A DNA stretch of 59,005 nt, counting the filler, from Ionaspis alba (Eukaryota): NCBI GenBank assembly GCA_964255285.1. It is 4 parts of 4 records of this genome, joined end to end, with 100 filler letters (N's around TTAATTAATTAA, not from the genome) between each part and the next. Parts side by side here need not be neighbours in the genome. Positions count along the whole stretch, not along the records: positions 1 to 14,699 come from CAXUUL010000405.1; positions 14,800 to 29,495 come from CAXUUL010000406.1; 2 more parts are not named here. One strand, written 5' to 3'. The position numbers and the translations under genes are program-made. The notes beneath the pieces are model-generated. The model was not told where the DNA came from, ran no database searches, and was given only the letters and a program-made list of their open reading frames with translations. Shown one piece after another: positions 10,181-22,110 of the stretch (the first letter of the stretch is position 1; each line of letters begins with the position of its first letter).

Positions 10181-13100
10181 ATGCTGGAGGACGAGACACT
10201 CGCAGCTGCGACTGCGGTGGTCCGCTCCCTCGGTAAAGGCGCCACCCCCATCTACGAACAATCCAATTACAACCATGCAGCGATCAACGGTTCTGTCAAT
10301 GGATTTGGAGGGAACATCATAAGACTGCCCGGCTCAGACAATGCCACAAAACGTGCTTTCGAAAGAGAGCTCTCAGCCTTACAATCTCGAATCCAATATC
10401 TCGAAGCCAAAGCCTCCACCATCAACGCCCCTGGCCTCCCAGACACCCCGAACGAGCTTGGAGTCTCAGCCTCGCCCTTCGACTCAGGTAGTCCGAGCAC
10501 AATCAGGAATGGCCCATTCGCACCTATCCGCAATCTACAAGGCACAGCCCGAAACCCTCGAGTCTCCCACTTCCTCACCGCTCGCGACGACGACAACGAT
10601 GGCCGGCAGATCAGCGGCGAAGACTTACGGCACATCCGTAACCACGTGCAGAAGCAGGCCGAAGAAATCCAAACCCAGAAGGAGACGATCTTGGATGTGA
10701 GCAATCGGCTGCATCAGCAGGAAGAGCATACCAAGGCGACCTTCAGCAATATCGAGCACCAGGATATCAGCCAGCTTCAACGGGAGTTGCAGAAACATCA
10801 GCAGGCTAATGAGGCGTTCCAGAAGGCGCTGAAGGAGATTGGCAGCATCATTACGAATGTAGCGAATGGGGATTTGAGACATAAAGTGCTTATCCATAGT
10901 AAGGAGATGGACCCGGAGATTACGACGTTCAAGCAGACGGTATGCATGCTATCTTGGAGTCCTCGGACAAGGTGATACTGATGATGTGTGCCAGATCAAC
11001 ACCATGATGTCCCAGCTCCAAGTCTTTGGAAGCGAAGTCTCGAGAGTCGCTAGGGAAGTGGGAACGGAGGGAAAGCTTGGTGGTCAGGCACAAATTACAG
11101 GAGTCAGTGGGATTTGGAAAGAGTTGACGGAAAATGTGTAAGTATAGCAACTTCGAGAATGATACAGCAGCATTGGATCCTAATCCATGTATAGCAACGT
11201 TATGGCTATGAACCTCACGCTCCAAGTGCGAGAAATTGCGGATGTCACAACAGCCGTCGCCGAGGGTGATCTTGGCAAGAAGATTCAACGTACTGCCCAG
11301 GGAGAAATTCTGCAACTTCAACAGACGGTACGTTCTTCGTCTCCATCTAAGCTAGGTATATGCTAACACTGTCAATCTAGATCAACAAGATGGTGGACGA
11401 TTTACGGACATTTGCAACGGAAGTCACCAGAGTATCCCGCGATGTAGGTACGGAAGGTGTATTAGGCGGCCAAGCTCGTATCGAAGGTGTCAAGGGCATG
11501 TGGAGTGATCTTACCGTTAATGGTCAGTACCTGTCTGTTCTCGCATAGCAAATTGTACTAACATATAGAAAGTCAACGCCATGGCTTCCAACCTGACCAA
11601 CCAAGTACGAGACATTGCCACAGTCACCACTGCCGTCGCAAAGGGCGACCTTACCCAAAAGGTCGAGGCGTCCTGTAAAGGAGAGATTCTAGAGCTCAAG
11701 TCGACCATCAACTCCATGGTGGATCAATTACGGCAATTCGCACAAGAAGTCACCAAGATCGCCAAGCAAGTGGGCACAGATGGTCAACTCGGAGGCCAGG
11801 CTACTGTCCATGATGTTGAAGGCACATGGGCAGACCTGACCCAAAATGGTATATTCTTCGAAAAACCTCCCGCCCTTGGAATTGTGCTGACCACCGCAAA
11901 GTGAACCAAATGGCCATGAACCTCACCACCCAAGTCCGAGAAATCGCTTCCGTCACGACTGCTGTAGCAAAGGGAGATCTGAGCCAGAAGATCAAGGCCG
12001 AGGTCAAGGGCGAAATCCTGAACCTAAAGATCACGATAAACGGAATGGTAGATAGACTAAACAATTTTGCTTTCGAGGTCAGCAAGGTCGCCAGAGAGGT
12101 CGGCACGGACGGGACTCTGGGTGGTCAAGCGAATGTTGAAAATGTAGAAGGGAAATGGGCGGAGCTTACGAACANNNNNNNNNNNNNNNNNNNNNNNNNN
12201 NNNNNNNNNNNNNNNNNNNNNNNNNNNNNNNNNNNNNNNNNNNNNNNNNNNNNNNNNNNNNNNNNNNNNNNNNNGATCTGAGCCAGAAGATTGAAGTCCA
12301 TGCTCAGGGAGAGGTTCTCAAGTTGAAAGTCACGGTACGTGCTGCTACCTGCCCTTGAAAGATCTCGCTAATGAAGTTTTAGATCAATGAGATGGTCAGT
12401 CAACTGGACACTTTCGCTCGAGAATTGAAAAGGGTCGCCCGTGATGTCGGCGTAGATGGCAAGATGGGTGGTCAAGCCAACGTCGACAATGTCCAAGGTC
12501 GTTGGAAAGAAATCACGGAAGACGTGTACGTTACAACCGTCGCTGATCTCAATCACTTTATATAGAACTGACGATGGGGACAACAGGAACACAATGGCCG
12601 AAAATCTGACGTCGCAAGTACGTGCCTTTGGTGAGATCACAGATGCGGCTACGGATGGCAACTTCGATAAATTGATCACCGTCAATGCGTCGGGTGAGAT
12701 GGACGAGTTGAAGCGGAAGATCAACAAGATGGTTTCGAATCTTAGGGATAGTATTCAGAGGAACACGATTGCGAGAGAGGCGGCAGAGTTTGCTAATCGC
12801 ACAAAGTCGGAGTTCTTGGCGAATATGAGGTATTTCCATGCTTGTGGTGTTATAGCATGAGAGTTTACTAACAATCGTCAGCCATGAGATTCGGACACCG
12901 ATGAACGGCATTATCGGAATGACCCAGTTGACGCTCGATACCGATCTGACGCAATATCAACGGGAGATGTTGAATATTGTTCATAACTTGGCGAATAGCT
13001 TGTTGACGATCATTGACGACATCCTGGATATATCGAAAATCGAGGCGAACCGGATGGTGATTGAAGCAATTCCATTTTCTATGCGAGGAACTGTTTTCAA

Positions 13101-14693
13101 TGCATTGAAGACGTTGGCTGTCAGAGCGAATGACAGACATCTCAACCTTGCGTACCAGGTCGATCATTCGGTGCCTGATTTCGTCGTTGGGGATCCGTTC
13201 CGTCTTCGACAAGTCATTCTCAATCTTGTTGGTAATGCTATCAAGTTCACGGAACATGGCGAGGTCAAACTTGTGATTCGAGGCTCTCAGAATACCAAGC
13301 ATGACTCCGATGAGTATGCCTTCGAGTTCTCAGTATCCGATACTGGCATTGGCATCCAGGCTGATAAACTCAATCTCATCTTCGACACCTTCCAGCAAGC
13401 CGATGGCTCCACGACCCGGAGGTTTGGCGGCACAGGCCTTGGTCTATCGATTTCGAAGAAGCTCGTCAGCTTGATGCGAGGTGACCTCTGGGTGACCTCG
13501 AACTACGGTGTAGGAAGCACGTTCTTCTTTACATGTGTTGCCAAACGAGCATCGCACGACATGACTGCCCTGAATTTACAGCTCACAGCGTACAAACATC
13601 ATCGAGTACTCTTCATCGACAAGGGACACACCCGCTACGCGAACGAGATCATGCACATGCTCAAGCAGCTCGACCTCGTCCCCACACTCGTCAGCACCGA
13701 ACATCAAGTTCCTCGACCCGAGGGACCAGCACCACCTACCAAGCCCTCCGGCAACAACGGCTACGACGTGATCCTAATCGATAGCATGGAAACAGCCATC
13801 CGTCTCCGCAACGTCGAAGAATTCAAATACATCCCCATCGTCCTCCTCGCCCCCATCGTCTCCGTCAGCATGAAATCCGCCCTCGACCTAGGCGTAACCT
13901 CCTACATGACCACTCCCTGCGCCCTCATCGACCTGGGCAACGGCATGATCCCTGCCCTCGAAGGCCGCGCCGCCCCCTCCATAACCGACCACTCGAAATC
14001 CTTCGACATCCTGCTCGCCGAAGACAACGAAGTAAACCAACGCCTCGCAGTCAAGATCCTGGAAAAGTACCACCACGGCGTGACCGTTGCCAACAACGGT
14101 CTCGAAGCGCTAGAGGCAATCCAAAAACGCAACTACGACGTCATCCTCATGGACGTCCAAATGCCCATCATGGGTGGTTTCGAAGCCACGGCCAAAATCC
14201 GCGAATGGGAACGCGAAGAAGGACGCGTGCGGACCCCCATTATTGCCCTGACCGCCCACGCTATGCTCGGCGACCGCGAGAAATGTATCCAGGCGCAGAT
14301 GGACGAGTACCTGTCCAAACCCCTCAAGCAGAACCAGATGATGCAGACGATTCTCAAGTGTGCGACGCTGGGCGGGAAATTGCTGGAGCGGGGGACGGAG
14401 GCGAGATTGTCGGCCAAGGATGATCCTCCCGAGCCGGCGAAGAATTCGGGGGTTACTACCGTTGGAGGGAATGGGCCGGCGAAGAAGGGATTGGTGAGGC
14501 CGCAGTTGGAGAGTAGGGCTATTACGACGACGATGGCGCAGGGGGTTGGGGGCGTGGAGAGTCCGGCGCTTATTAGTGCTGATCAGCAGGATCCGCTTGA
14601 TCGGGTGAGTTGATCTTCTTGGTCCGTGTGTGAGAGCGAAGGACGGTTGTGGCTAATGGATGATAGATACTGTTGAGGGCGCATAGTAATTAG
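10181..14693 (+). CDS. NIK1: Group III hybrid histidine kinase (NIK1/OS-1/TcsC/DRK1 type): 6 HAMP repeats, HisKA, HATPase, receiver; multi-exon, N-gap inside HAMP5
   Basis: About 90-aa repeats NLT.QVR.IA.VTTAVA.GDL...EVGT.G.LGGQA; H-box [16 protein letters not shown] split by an intron; NAIKFT, DTGIGI, GGTGLGL; receiver LLAEDN, LMDVQMP, YLSKP; final exon ILLRAHSN* (14667-14693). Confidence 0.97.
12175..12274. other. 100-N scaffold gap within NIK1 HAMP repeats
   Basis: Run of 100 N; flanks translate as the end of HAMP4 and the middle of HAMP5. Confidence 0.95.
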
Positions 14694-14699
14694 ACGCGG

Positions 14700-14799
14700 N
14701 NNNNNNNNNNNNNNNNNNNNNNNNNNNNNNNNNNNNNNNNNNNTTAATTAATTAANNNNNNNNNNNNNNNNNNNNNNNNNNNNNNNNNNNNNNNNNNNN
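14700..14799. other. Artificial contig linker N44-TTAATTAATTAA-N44
   Basis: Palindromic 12-mer giving stops in all six frames, embedded in Ns; identical to the linkers at 29496 and 44278. Confidence 0.97.
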
Positions 14800-15405
14800 G
14801 CTAGTAATGAAGGATGTCACTTTCCGGCCGCACTCCAAGATGCCGTGACGGCATATCAATATCTCCTTGATCAAGGAATCCCTTCGACCCGTATCGTTGT
14901 ATCAGGCGATTCAGCCGGTGGAAGCCTTGCCGTGTCTCTATTGCGATATATCAGCGACAGTGAAGATGTTCTCCCCGAGCCTTTGGCGGTGTTACTCTGG
15001 AGTCCCTGGCTGGATCTCGAGTGGGCCCTTGATCCAGCATTTGACATGAGGACGAATAGAAACTATAGGACGGACTATCTCCCGGGCAGCCTCGCCTCCT
15101 GGGGTGCTCGTGCATACATACCAGACGACATGGAGACGAGCAATCCATATTTCTCACAAAACAAACATCCCTTCCTAACGAATACGCCTCTGTGGATCCA
15201 TCTTGGTGGCCTGGAGGTACTGTACGATGAGGGCATGGAGTTCGCTGATGTTATGGGGAACAAAGGTAACAGAGTGGAAGTACATGTGGATCCTTTCGCC
15301 AATCATGATATCCTCTATGTTGGTTATTTGACGGGTTTTGCAAAGGAGGCCGGCAAGGCAGTAGAGGTTGCTAAGGAATTTCTTAGCACCTGCGTCAAGA
15401 AGTAG
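14800..15405 (+). CDS. Alpha/beta hydrolase fold-3 (HSL-family, Say1-like esterase), 5'-truncated at contig edge
   Basis: FPAALQDAVTAYQYL...VSGDSAGG...LWSPWLDL...GGLEVLYDE...HD; frame open from 14800. Confidence 0.88.
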   Translation, partial: ASNEGCHFPAALQDAVTAYQYLLDQGIPSTRIVVSGDSAGGSLAVSLLRYISDSEDVLPEPLAVLLWSPWLDLEWALDPAFDMRTNRNYRTDYLPGSLASWGARAYIPDDMETSNPYFSQNKHPFLTNTPLWIHLGGLEVLYDEGMEFADVMGNKGNRVEVHVDPFANHDILYVGYLTGFAKEAGKAVEVAKEFLSTCVKK

Positions 15406-15725
15406 TTACAGATTGGCGGACAAACTCGCCGTTCGAATGACACTAACTGCAGATTGTACATAGAAAGAAAAGGGTTCACTTAGCCAACTTCAGGGAAACG
15501 GCACGCAAGAGTTCCATGGACGCAGGAACGTGAAGAACGAGGCCAAGGGATGGATTGATCTAAAGTCCTAGACAAACTGCAGATGCCGGAGTGGAATGTA
15601 GCTGCTCTCTGTCCAGTGAAGATAGACTTTAGGCACCGAAGACTGGCCAACTGCTCCATTCTCTTCGTGCATTTGATGATTTAGACACGTTGTTATCCAC
15701 AAGTGTTATACCGTCTGACAGTCGT

Positions 15726-17488
15726 TCATCCCTCCTCATCCACTTCCTCCTCCTTGGCACTCTCCTCAAGCCAGCTCCCAAACTTATCCAACCGCTTCTT
15801 CTCCTCCGTGTCCTTGTCCGCCCCCTCCACCTCGTCCACGTCGACGTCAAGCTTAGATTCATTGCTCTTAGCAAACTTCTCGTTACCCGTCGAGACGTAA
15901 GCGACAACTTGAGTCCCATCAAAGAAACGACCATTCATTACCTGTCATAAACGGCGGAGTGTCAGCAATTTGCAGGCTTTCTTCATGTGCGGGAAGATGT
16001 GGACTCGTGAGAGAATATTATGCGATGAAGACGGGTAATCAAGGAAAAATTCTCTGATCCAGTAAAGGTATGAACGGATGATCAACATACCCTTACGCAA
16101 GCCTTTGCAGCTTCTGGATTCGAGAAGCGAACGCTGGCAACACCGTCTGGTTCTTTATCGAAGAGAACTACATTTGTCACATCCCCTAATTTGGCACACT
16201 CATCCCGTATGTCTTCTTTGATATCGAGGATAGCAGCAGGGTCCTTCTGTAAAAGGAAACCATAGTGAGCCCCATTCACGTACCAGACCATTTTCCAACG
16301 GATGTCTATCCCTGGTAAGGAATATCCACTTACCTCCAATTCCTCAAGCGTAAACATATGCTTAAGAATAACCACCTTATCCCACCTCGAACTCGTATCC
16401 AGCATCGCCGAAGGATCATCATCGTCCCAATCCGCCAATTTACTATACACCCCATCAGCCCTCATCTCCCCGCCCCGGGCGCCGTTGTATCCTCCACACC
16501 ACTCGCACACCTACCTATTCAACTTCTGCGTCTTCCTAATAATCTTCTTCTTATCCCCCTTTGCCCCTTTATTCACCGGCGCCTCCTTCTGCACCTTATA
16601 ACTAAAATCCGCCGCCACGACCTTCATCTTTCCCGCGGGGGCACTTTCCCCAAATCGAAAATCCGTATCATCCAGCATCTGGATCGCCAGATCGACGCTC
16701 TCGGCGCGGAAATACAGAATCAGGGCATCGCCTTTGAAGTTGCCTTGGTCGTCGGTGTAGAGCTTGATGCGCGGTTTGCGGCTGTCGATTTCTTCGGCGA
16801 TGACGCCGCATTTGGAGAAGACGGAGTGGACTTCGTCCACGTCGGTGTCGAGGGGGAGGTTCGTGATGTAGATGGCGGTGTTCTTGCGCTCGCGGGGTTC
16901 GGTGGTGGGTTTGGGCTTCTTGGTAGTCACCAGCCGACCGCCTTGTTCCTGCCAATCCCATGATCGTAAGCTTTCTTTCGGCCAGCTACTAGAGGGAGGA
17001 TGGAATTCTCGTGGGCACTTACGTCCTCGCCGTTGACGTAGACCTGTTTCCTCTTCTTCTTTGGTGCGACTGCCGGTTCCGACTCGTCCACGCCCTGGAC
17101 CGCATAGGCCTGTCTTTGTTGCTCCAAAAGTGCATCGTCCAGCTGTAGTCCCGCGACAAGCACCAAGCCATGCAATTAGAAAGCGCTCACTTGAGCCAGA
17201 GGAAGGAGGTGCAAATCCCCAGAGACACACAATCACACAGATAGGTGCATCGAGGAGAGCTCACAGGCCGCTCTCTTGCGACAGTGTTGGTGGTGGTTGG
17301 GAGGATGAAGGGCATACCACTGGAACCCATCTCTTCAGAACGTCATCGTATTCGAATTCTTGTCCGTCTTCGGCTTCGAGGAGAAATTTGTTGGAGAGTT
17401 TCGAGAAGGAGATGCGTGGGTCGGCGTCGAATTCTTCGGGTTCTTGCGGGAATGTGGAGCGCGTTGGCTGGATGTCGGAGGTTTCCAT
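15726..17488 (-). CDS. CUS2: U2 snRNP-associated splicing factor Cus2/Uap2/Tat-SF1 (RRM + UHM), multi-exon
   Basis: NTAIYITNLP, IKLYTDDQGNFKGDALILYFRAESVDLAIQMLD, KLADWDDDD, VVILKHMFTLEEL, DIKEDIRDECAKLG, MNGRFFDG. Confidence 0.93.
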
Positions 17489-17982
17489 GGTTGAAGGGTA
17501 CTACAGTTGAGGATGAAGCAACAGCAGTCAAGAGATCATTAAAAGAAGGTTTAGGTTTCTTTCGCGGTGGAAGTTGAATGTACTGCGCTAGAAGTAAAGC
17601 TCCGGGCTGAGCTTCCACGGTTTGGATGCACATCGCCGAACGAGCCGTGCTAAAATGACGTTCCTTCAGCCAATAGCAACAGCACTATCGTCGCCCTGTT
17701 GTTACAGCCTAAAGTGATGTCTTAATGGCATTGGAGACATCACGGATGAATTCTCGAAGCATTGATGGAAGAGCTTTCAGTATGTAAATCGAATCTCGAG
17801 ACTCTGGGTATCTAGCAGTCTATTACAAGTGCTTCAAAAAGGAAGCTACCCAAGCACGCCAATGCTACCCCAAGCAGTATCGCCAGAAATCAAAGAAGTA
17901 AGTTGACTACGGCGTAGCAAGTAGATAACTTCTAACATTGCAACTAGAGTTCGACCTCACTTGGAGGAAGAACAAGCTGAAC

Positions 17983-19778
17983 TTAGGCGTGTGATTTGGG
18001 TGCTTCAGTAGAAGGGAAGACCTTTTCGCGCTCGGTGGGAGTGCCGTGGTCGCCAGAGTACTTGGAGTCGCTGTCGCCAAGAGTATCTGCGTTGATGACA
18101 TCGCGGGTGAGTTCAACGTAGTCATACTGCGGGAAGTCAGTACAAATATTCTGGAAGTGAGTGATAGATATCAATGCTTACAGCAAACTCTCCAATCTCG
18201 GCATCATCCATACCCAGAATCTCAGATTCTTCGCTAGCACGAAGTTGAAGACCAGGAATCAGGTTGATGAGGAAGAGAATCAGACAGGATCCGACGAAGG
18301 AGTAGGCCATGCCCGAAACGGAGTCTGCGAGCTGGTAACCCATTTGAACCCAGTTGTGATTAAGCCAGCCTCCAGGGATCTCAGAGAAGCCATCAAGATG
18401 AGCTATGTAGTTGCTGAAAGTATGTTAGCATTGCCATGAGTCGAGCTATCGCTTATCGACTTACGCTGCGAAGAATCCAGTGCAGATATTTCCCACCAAG
18501 CCACCAATTGCGTGCACGGCGAAGATATCAAGAGAATCGTCGATACCAAGAACGAACTTCAGCTTGGTGGCATAATTGCAAGCAGAGGCGCCGACAACAC
18601 CGAAGACAACTGCAGACCAGGCGGGGACGAAACCCGAGCCAGGAGTGATTGCAACAAGACCAGCGACAACGCCGGAGCAAAAACCGACAGTGGACCACTT
18701 CTTCTCGAGTCTGTAGTCAAGAATACACCAAGTGACTCCACCAACGGAAGCCGCAAGGTTGGTGACCACTGCAGCCATGACAGCACGCATATTGGCGCTG
18801 AGAGCGGAACCAGCATTGAAGCCAAACCATCCGACCCAAAGGAAGACAGTACCAATGACGATATGAGTTACATTGTGAGGGCGATAGTTCAACTCGTGTG
18901 TTCCATGACCACGTCTCTTTCCAAGCATGAGGGAGTATGCCAAGGCTGCTGATCCAGAAGATATATGGACCGGAGTTCCTCCAGCGAAGTCGAGTCCACC
19001 GAGCTTGAAGACCCAGCCATTAGGGTTCCATGTCCAGCAAGCGATAGCATCGTAGATGACGGTTGACCAGACGAACATGAAGACAACACATGGAAGCATG
19101 CGGCCTCGCTCAGCGACCGCTCCGACGGCTAGTGCGACACTAAAAGTGGTGTTAGCGATGAGGCTCCGTGGTCCAACACTGTGTATGTTCACTTACGTGA
19201 TAGCAGCGAACATGCCCTGGTAGACGGCGAAGAGAAGGTCTGGAATCCTAGCACTACCGACTGAAGGCTGAGCCAACACGTCTTTGAAGCCAAAGTTTGT
19301 GAGGTCTCCGATGAATCTGCCTGCTGTGTGCGAGAAGGCGAGGGAGTAGCCCCAGAAGAACCATTGGAAGGAGATGACTCCGGTGGCCATGATCGAGAGC
19401 CATATCAAGGACAGAGCCGACTTTCTGCGAGCGAGGCCTGAGTAGAAGAAGCTGGTTTGAATTGTTAGTTCGGGAGTCTCTGCGGCGTAGTACACGGTGA
19501 TGTCAGTCAGACTCACCCAACACCGGGAATCATGAGCAGGACGAGAGCTGTAGATGTGATCATCCAGGCGATGTCGCCGGACTAGATGGCGATTGTTGTC
19601 AGTTTGAGGCCTCATAGTGAACTTGGAGATGTGTGATGTAGAAACTCACCTCGTAGAAGATGTTGACATTGTCAGCAAGAGAATCGCCTCCAGTGTTAAT
19701 AGTGCCATTATACGGCTGCAAGACCGTATAGTTGAGGCTGCTAAGATCCGGAGCCGTAGGATTGAGACCGTCAGGCAT
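17983..19778 (-). CDS. mepA: Ammonium transporter, MEP/Amt family, twin-His MepA/Mep2-type, multi-exon
   Basis: GDIAWMITSTALVLLMIPGVG, YQGMFAAIT, AERGR, DFAGGTPVHISSG (His at first pore position), WFGFNAGS, DIFAVHAIGG, YDYVELTRDV; ATG at 19778. Confidence 0.93.
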
Positions 19779-20160
19779 GGCTGAAGCTCACTCTCAACCC
19801 AAGAGCCAAAACGGTACGGGAAGTGAGTAAGGTGGGTAAAGTGAGGTAAGTAAGTGTGAGTAAGTGAGAGCAAGAACCAGAAAGTAGTCTCAAACAGCCG
19901 ACGAACAGGAGAAGAAGAAGATCAAGATCAGAAACAGCTCCGTCAGGTATGCCGTTATGCGACCGAGCCAAGCGGCAGGTCAAAAAGGAACGGACGGATT
20001 GTTTTGCGGTCTGTGGAGCGGCAGAGGAAGCAGCAGCAGGCAGTAAACGAAAAAGCTGCAGGACGTTCACCAGCTTTAAAAGAGAGCGAGTGGTTGCTAG
20101 CCGTTACAGTGGGCACTCGGTTGCGCGCAACAGAGATGCAGGACCAGGACGGCAGGGATT

Positions 20161-21525
20161 GATAAGAACCGTCGCACGGGATGGAACGAGTGTGGAATTC
20201 CAGTAGTCGCAGGTTTGCACTGGGGTAGGTAGAGAGGTAGGGAGGTAGGGGAAGCCCTATTTCATTTTGTGTATCTCGAGCTTGCGAGCTATTTGAGTAG
20301 TAGAAGTGAAGGAAGGTAACCGTCCCGGGGTCCAGGCTGCAATTCTCGTTCGTCGAAAGGAGGGTGTTGAAAAGGTCAGCGAATTAGAGCACAGGAACTG
20401 GGTACGAAAGAGACAGAGATAGACACACGGCACAGAATGGTGGCGCGTTTGAAGGATGCGCGATCAGAACACACACCATTCATGCGTGGTTTTTCTGCCC
20501 TGAGGGTGGACTCTCGGCAGCCGCGAAAAGCAAGACAGGAGCTTATCCGCCGGCTACAAGAGATATCCTGGGCTCGCCACGAGTTGGGTTATTTTGACTA
20601 TCGGGGCACTCCATGGCTTGGACTAATTGCGAATGCGTGGGGGAGCCAACAGAATTATCGTGGTCAGGAATATCCTCAGAGATACGAATAGTTGTTGCTA
20701 TGTTCGGAGCAAGTTCTGCATGAATCATAGTTGTCGGCTACGCACTTCTCTTCGTCTCCATAATTATAATAATTATAGACGATTCTTTTCAAAGCAAATA
20801 GACATCGTATCCCGCCCGAGGATTTCCCCACAAGTCTGGGCACGACCCTGCATTTACTTGACACATGTACGTGGTATACTGGTCCCAGCAATCTATCAAA
20901 AGTGCATCAAGCTAGAAAAAGCCGTGTACCTGATCGCAGCCATGGATGGATGCCTGTCACCAAAAAGAAGCAATCAACCCTCCCCATAATCAACGTGGTA
21001 GGATCTCGCCATTCTAGAACAACCTCTTATCTCTCCTCGTCTCTTCATTCCGAGGAAGGTAAACCCATCCACCATGGCAATGGTCCAGTCAGAGCGCCAA
21101 AAGTCGTAATCTGCCATCACTCACTCAATCATCTCCCCTCCAATTAGCCGGGACCCCAATACTAAAACCTCCAATATCAAACTCAAACAACATCATCCCA
21201 CCGAAACGGTCCCCATTCCACTAACACCACCTAGCGCACCCCTAAGTTCTGGATAAGTACATTCACCCTCATTGGTGCAACGGCACTCGGGACCTCATCA
21301 CCGGGCCTAGCGTCGAATCCTTCGAAGATAAGCAACATGTTCGAGGACGCTCTCCTGAATTAGTAATTACAAGAACAATACACCCCCAAAAACGGTGCGA
21401 CGGTAGCATCAATCTGCCTTGTATTGGGGATAGCTACCAGGACGATAGAGAAGAGCCTGGTAAGATACGTATCCTCCACCATGTGACGTCCCACAAAGAT
21501 AGGTCATGCAGCACTCTTTGATAGC
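20161..21525 (-). promoter_or_regulatory. GATA-site cluster (putative AreA/NIT2 sites) upstream of the ammonium transporter
   Basis: GATAAG/CTTATC at about 20161, 20542, 21026, 21252, 21327 and GATAG at about 21429, 21444, 21498, 21519 within a roughly 2.3-kb intergenic region. Confidence 0.5.
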
Positions 21526-22110
21526 TTCTCGGCGTATGGGGCTTGCAGACCCGATACCACCTTGGCTTCAAATAATGAGGGATATAATAGCAAGAAACAC
21601 GCCGAAGCAGTGGCCGCCCTTCTTGATATAGGCTGCGTCGAGGCAGGCTACCTACATCGATCTATTTACTGACAAGGCAAGGCGAGTCTAAAGCAGGCGA
21701 GTGTAGGATCCGACCTTCATCTGCAGGAGAGCTGAGATCAGCTTGCAGGAATCGGGAAAATGTACGAAGAGGGTTCATGTTGTGATACCCGGATGTAAAT
21801 TAGGCGATTGGAGAACTCGTCTATGCTGTGCTACTTGTGGGTTTCCGGAGCTTGATGCAGAGGGATACAAGTTAAGCAGGTAGCCGTGCTATTTCGTCCC
21901 ATGATGCGGTTTATTTAAGTGTTATGTACATTCTTTCCCATTGATTTGAGGCCCTAAGACCCTGTGCTATCGTCTTACCTCTATAGTCCATGTCGCTAGC
22001 CATGACTGTGATTATCTTCCATCCAAGGCAACGAACCGCAGCTAAGTGGAAGATGTTCTCGTGCTTTACGGAACTATGGTGGCAAAGACTGTCGTTCTGT
22101 TGAAGCTCGG

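Noticed and set aside
10830..12760. Repeated DNA blocks suggesting a repeat array
   Set aside because: Explained by the six HAMP coding repeats, the usual number for group III kinases
14744..14755. TTAATTAATTAA as piggyBac TTAA target or regulatory palindrome
   Set aside because: Occurs three times centred in identical N runs; it is a six-frame-stop linker
17144..17318. Longer CUS2 intron 1 as a snoRNA host
   Set aside because: No convincing C/D box pair or H/ACA double hairpin found
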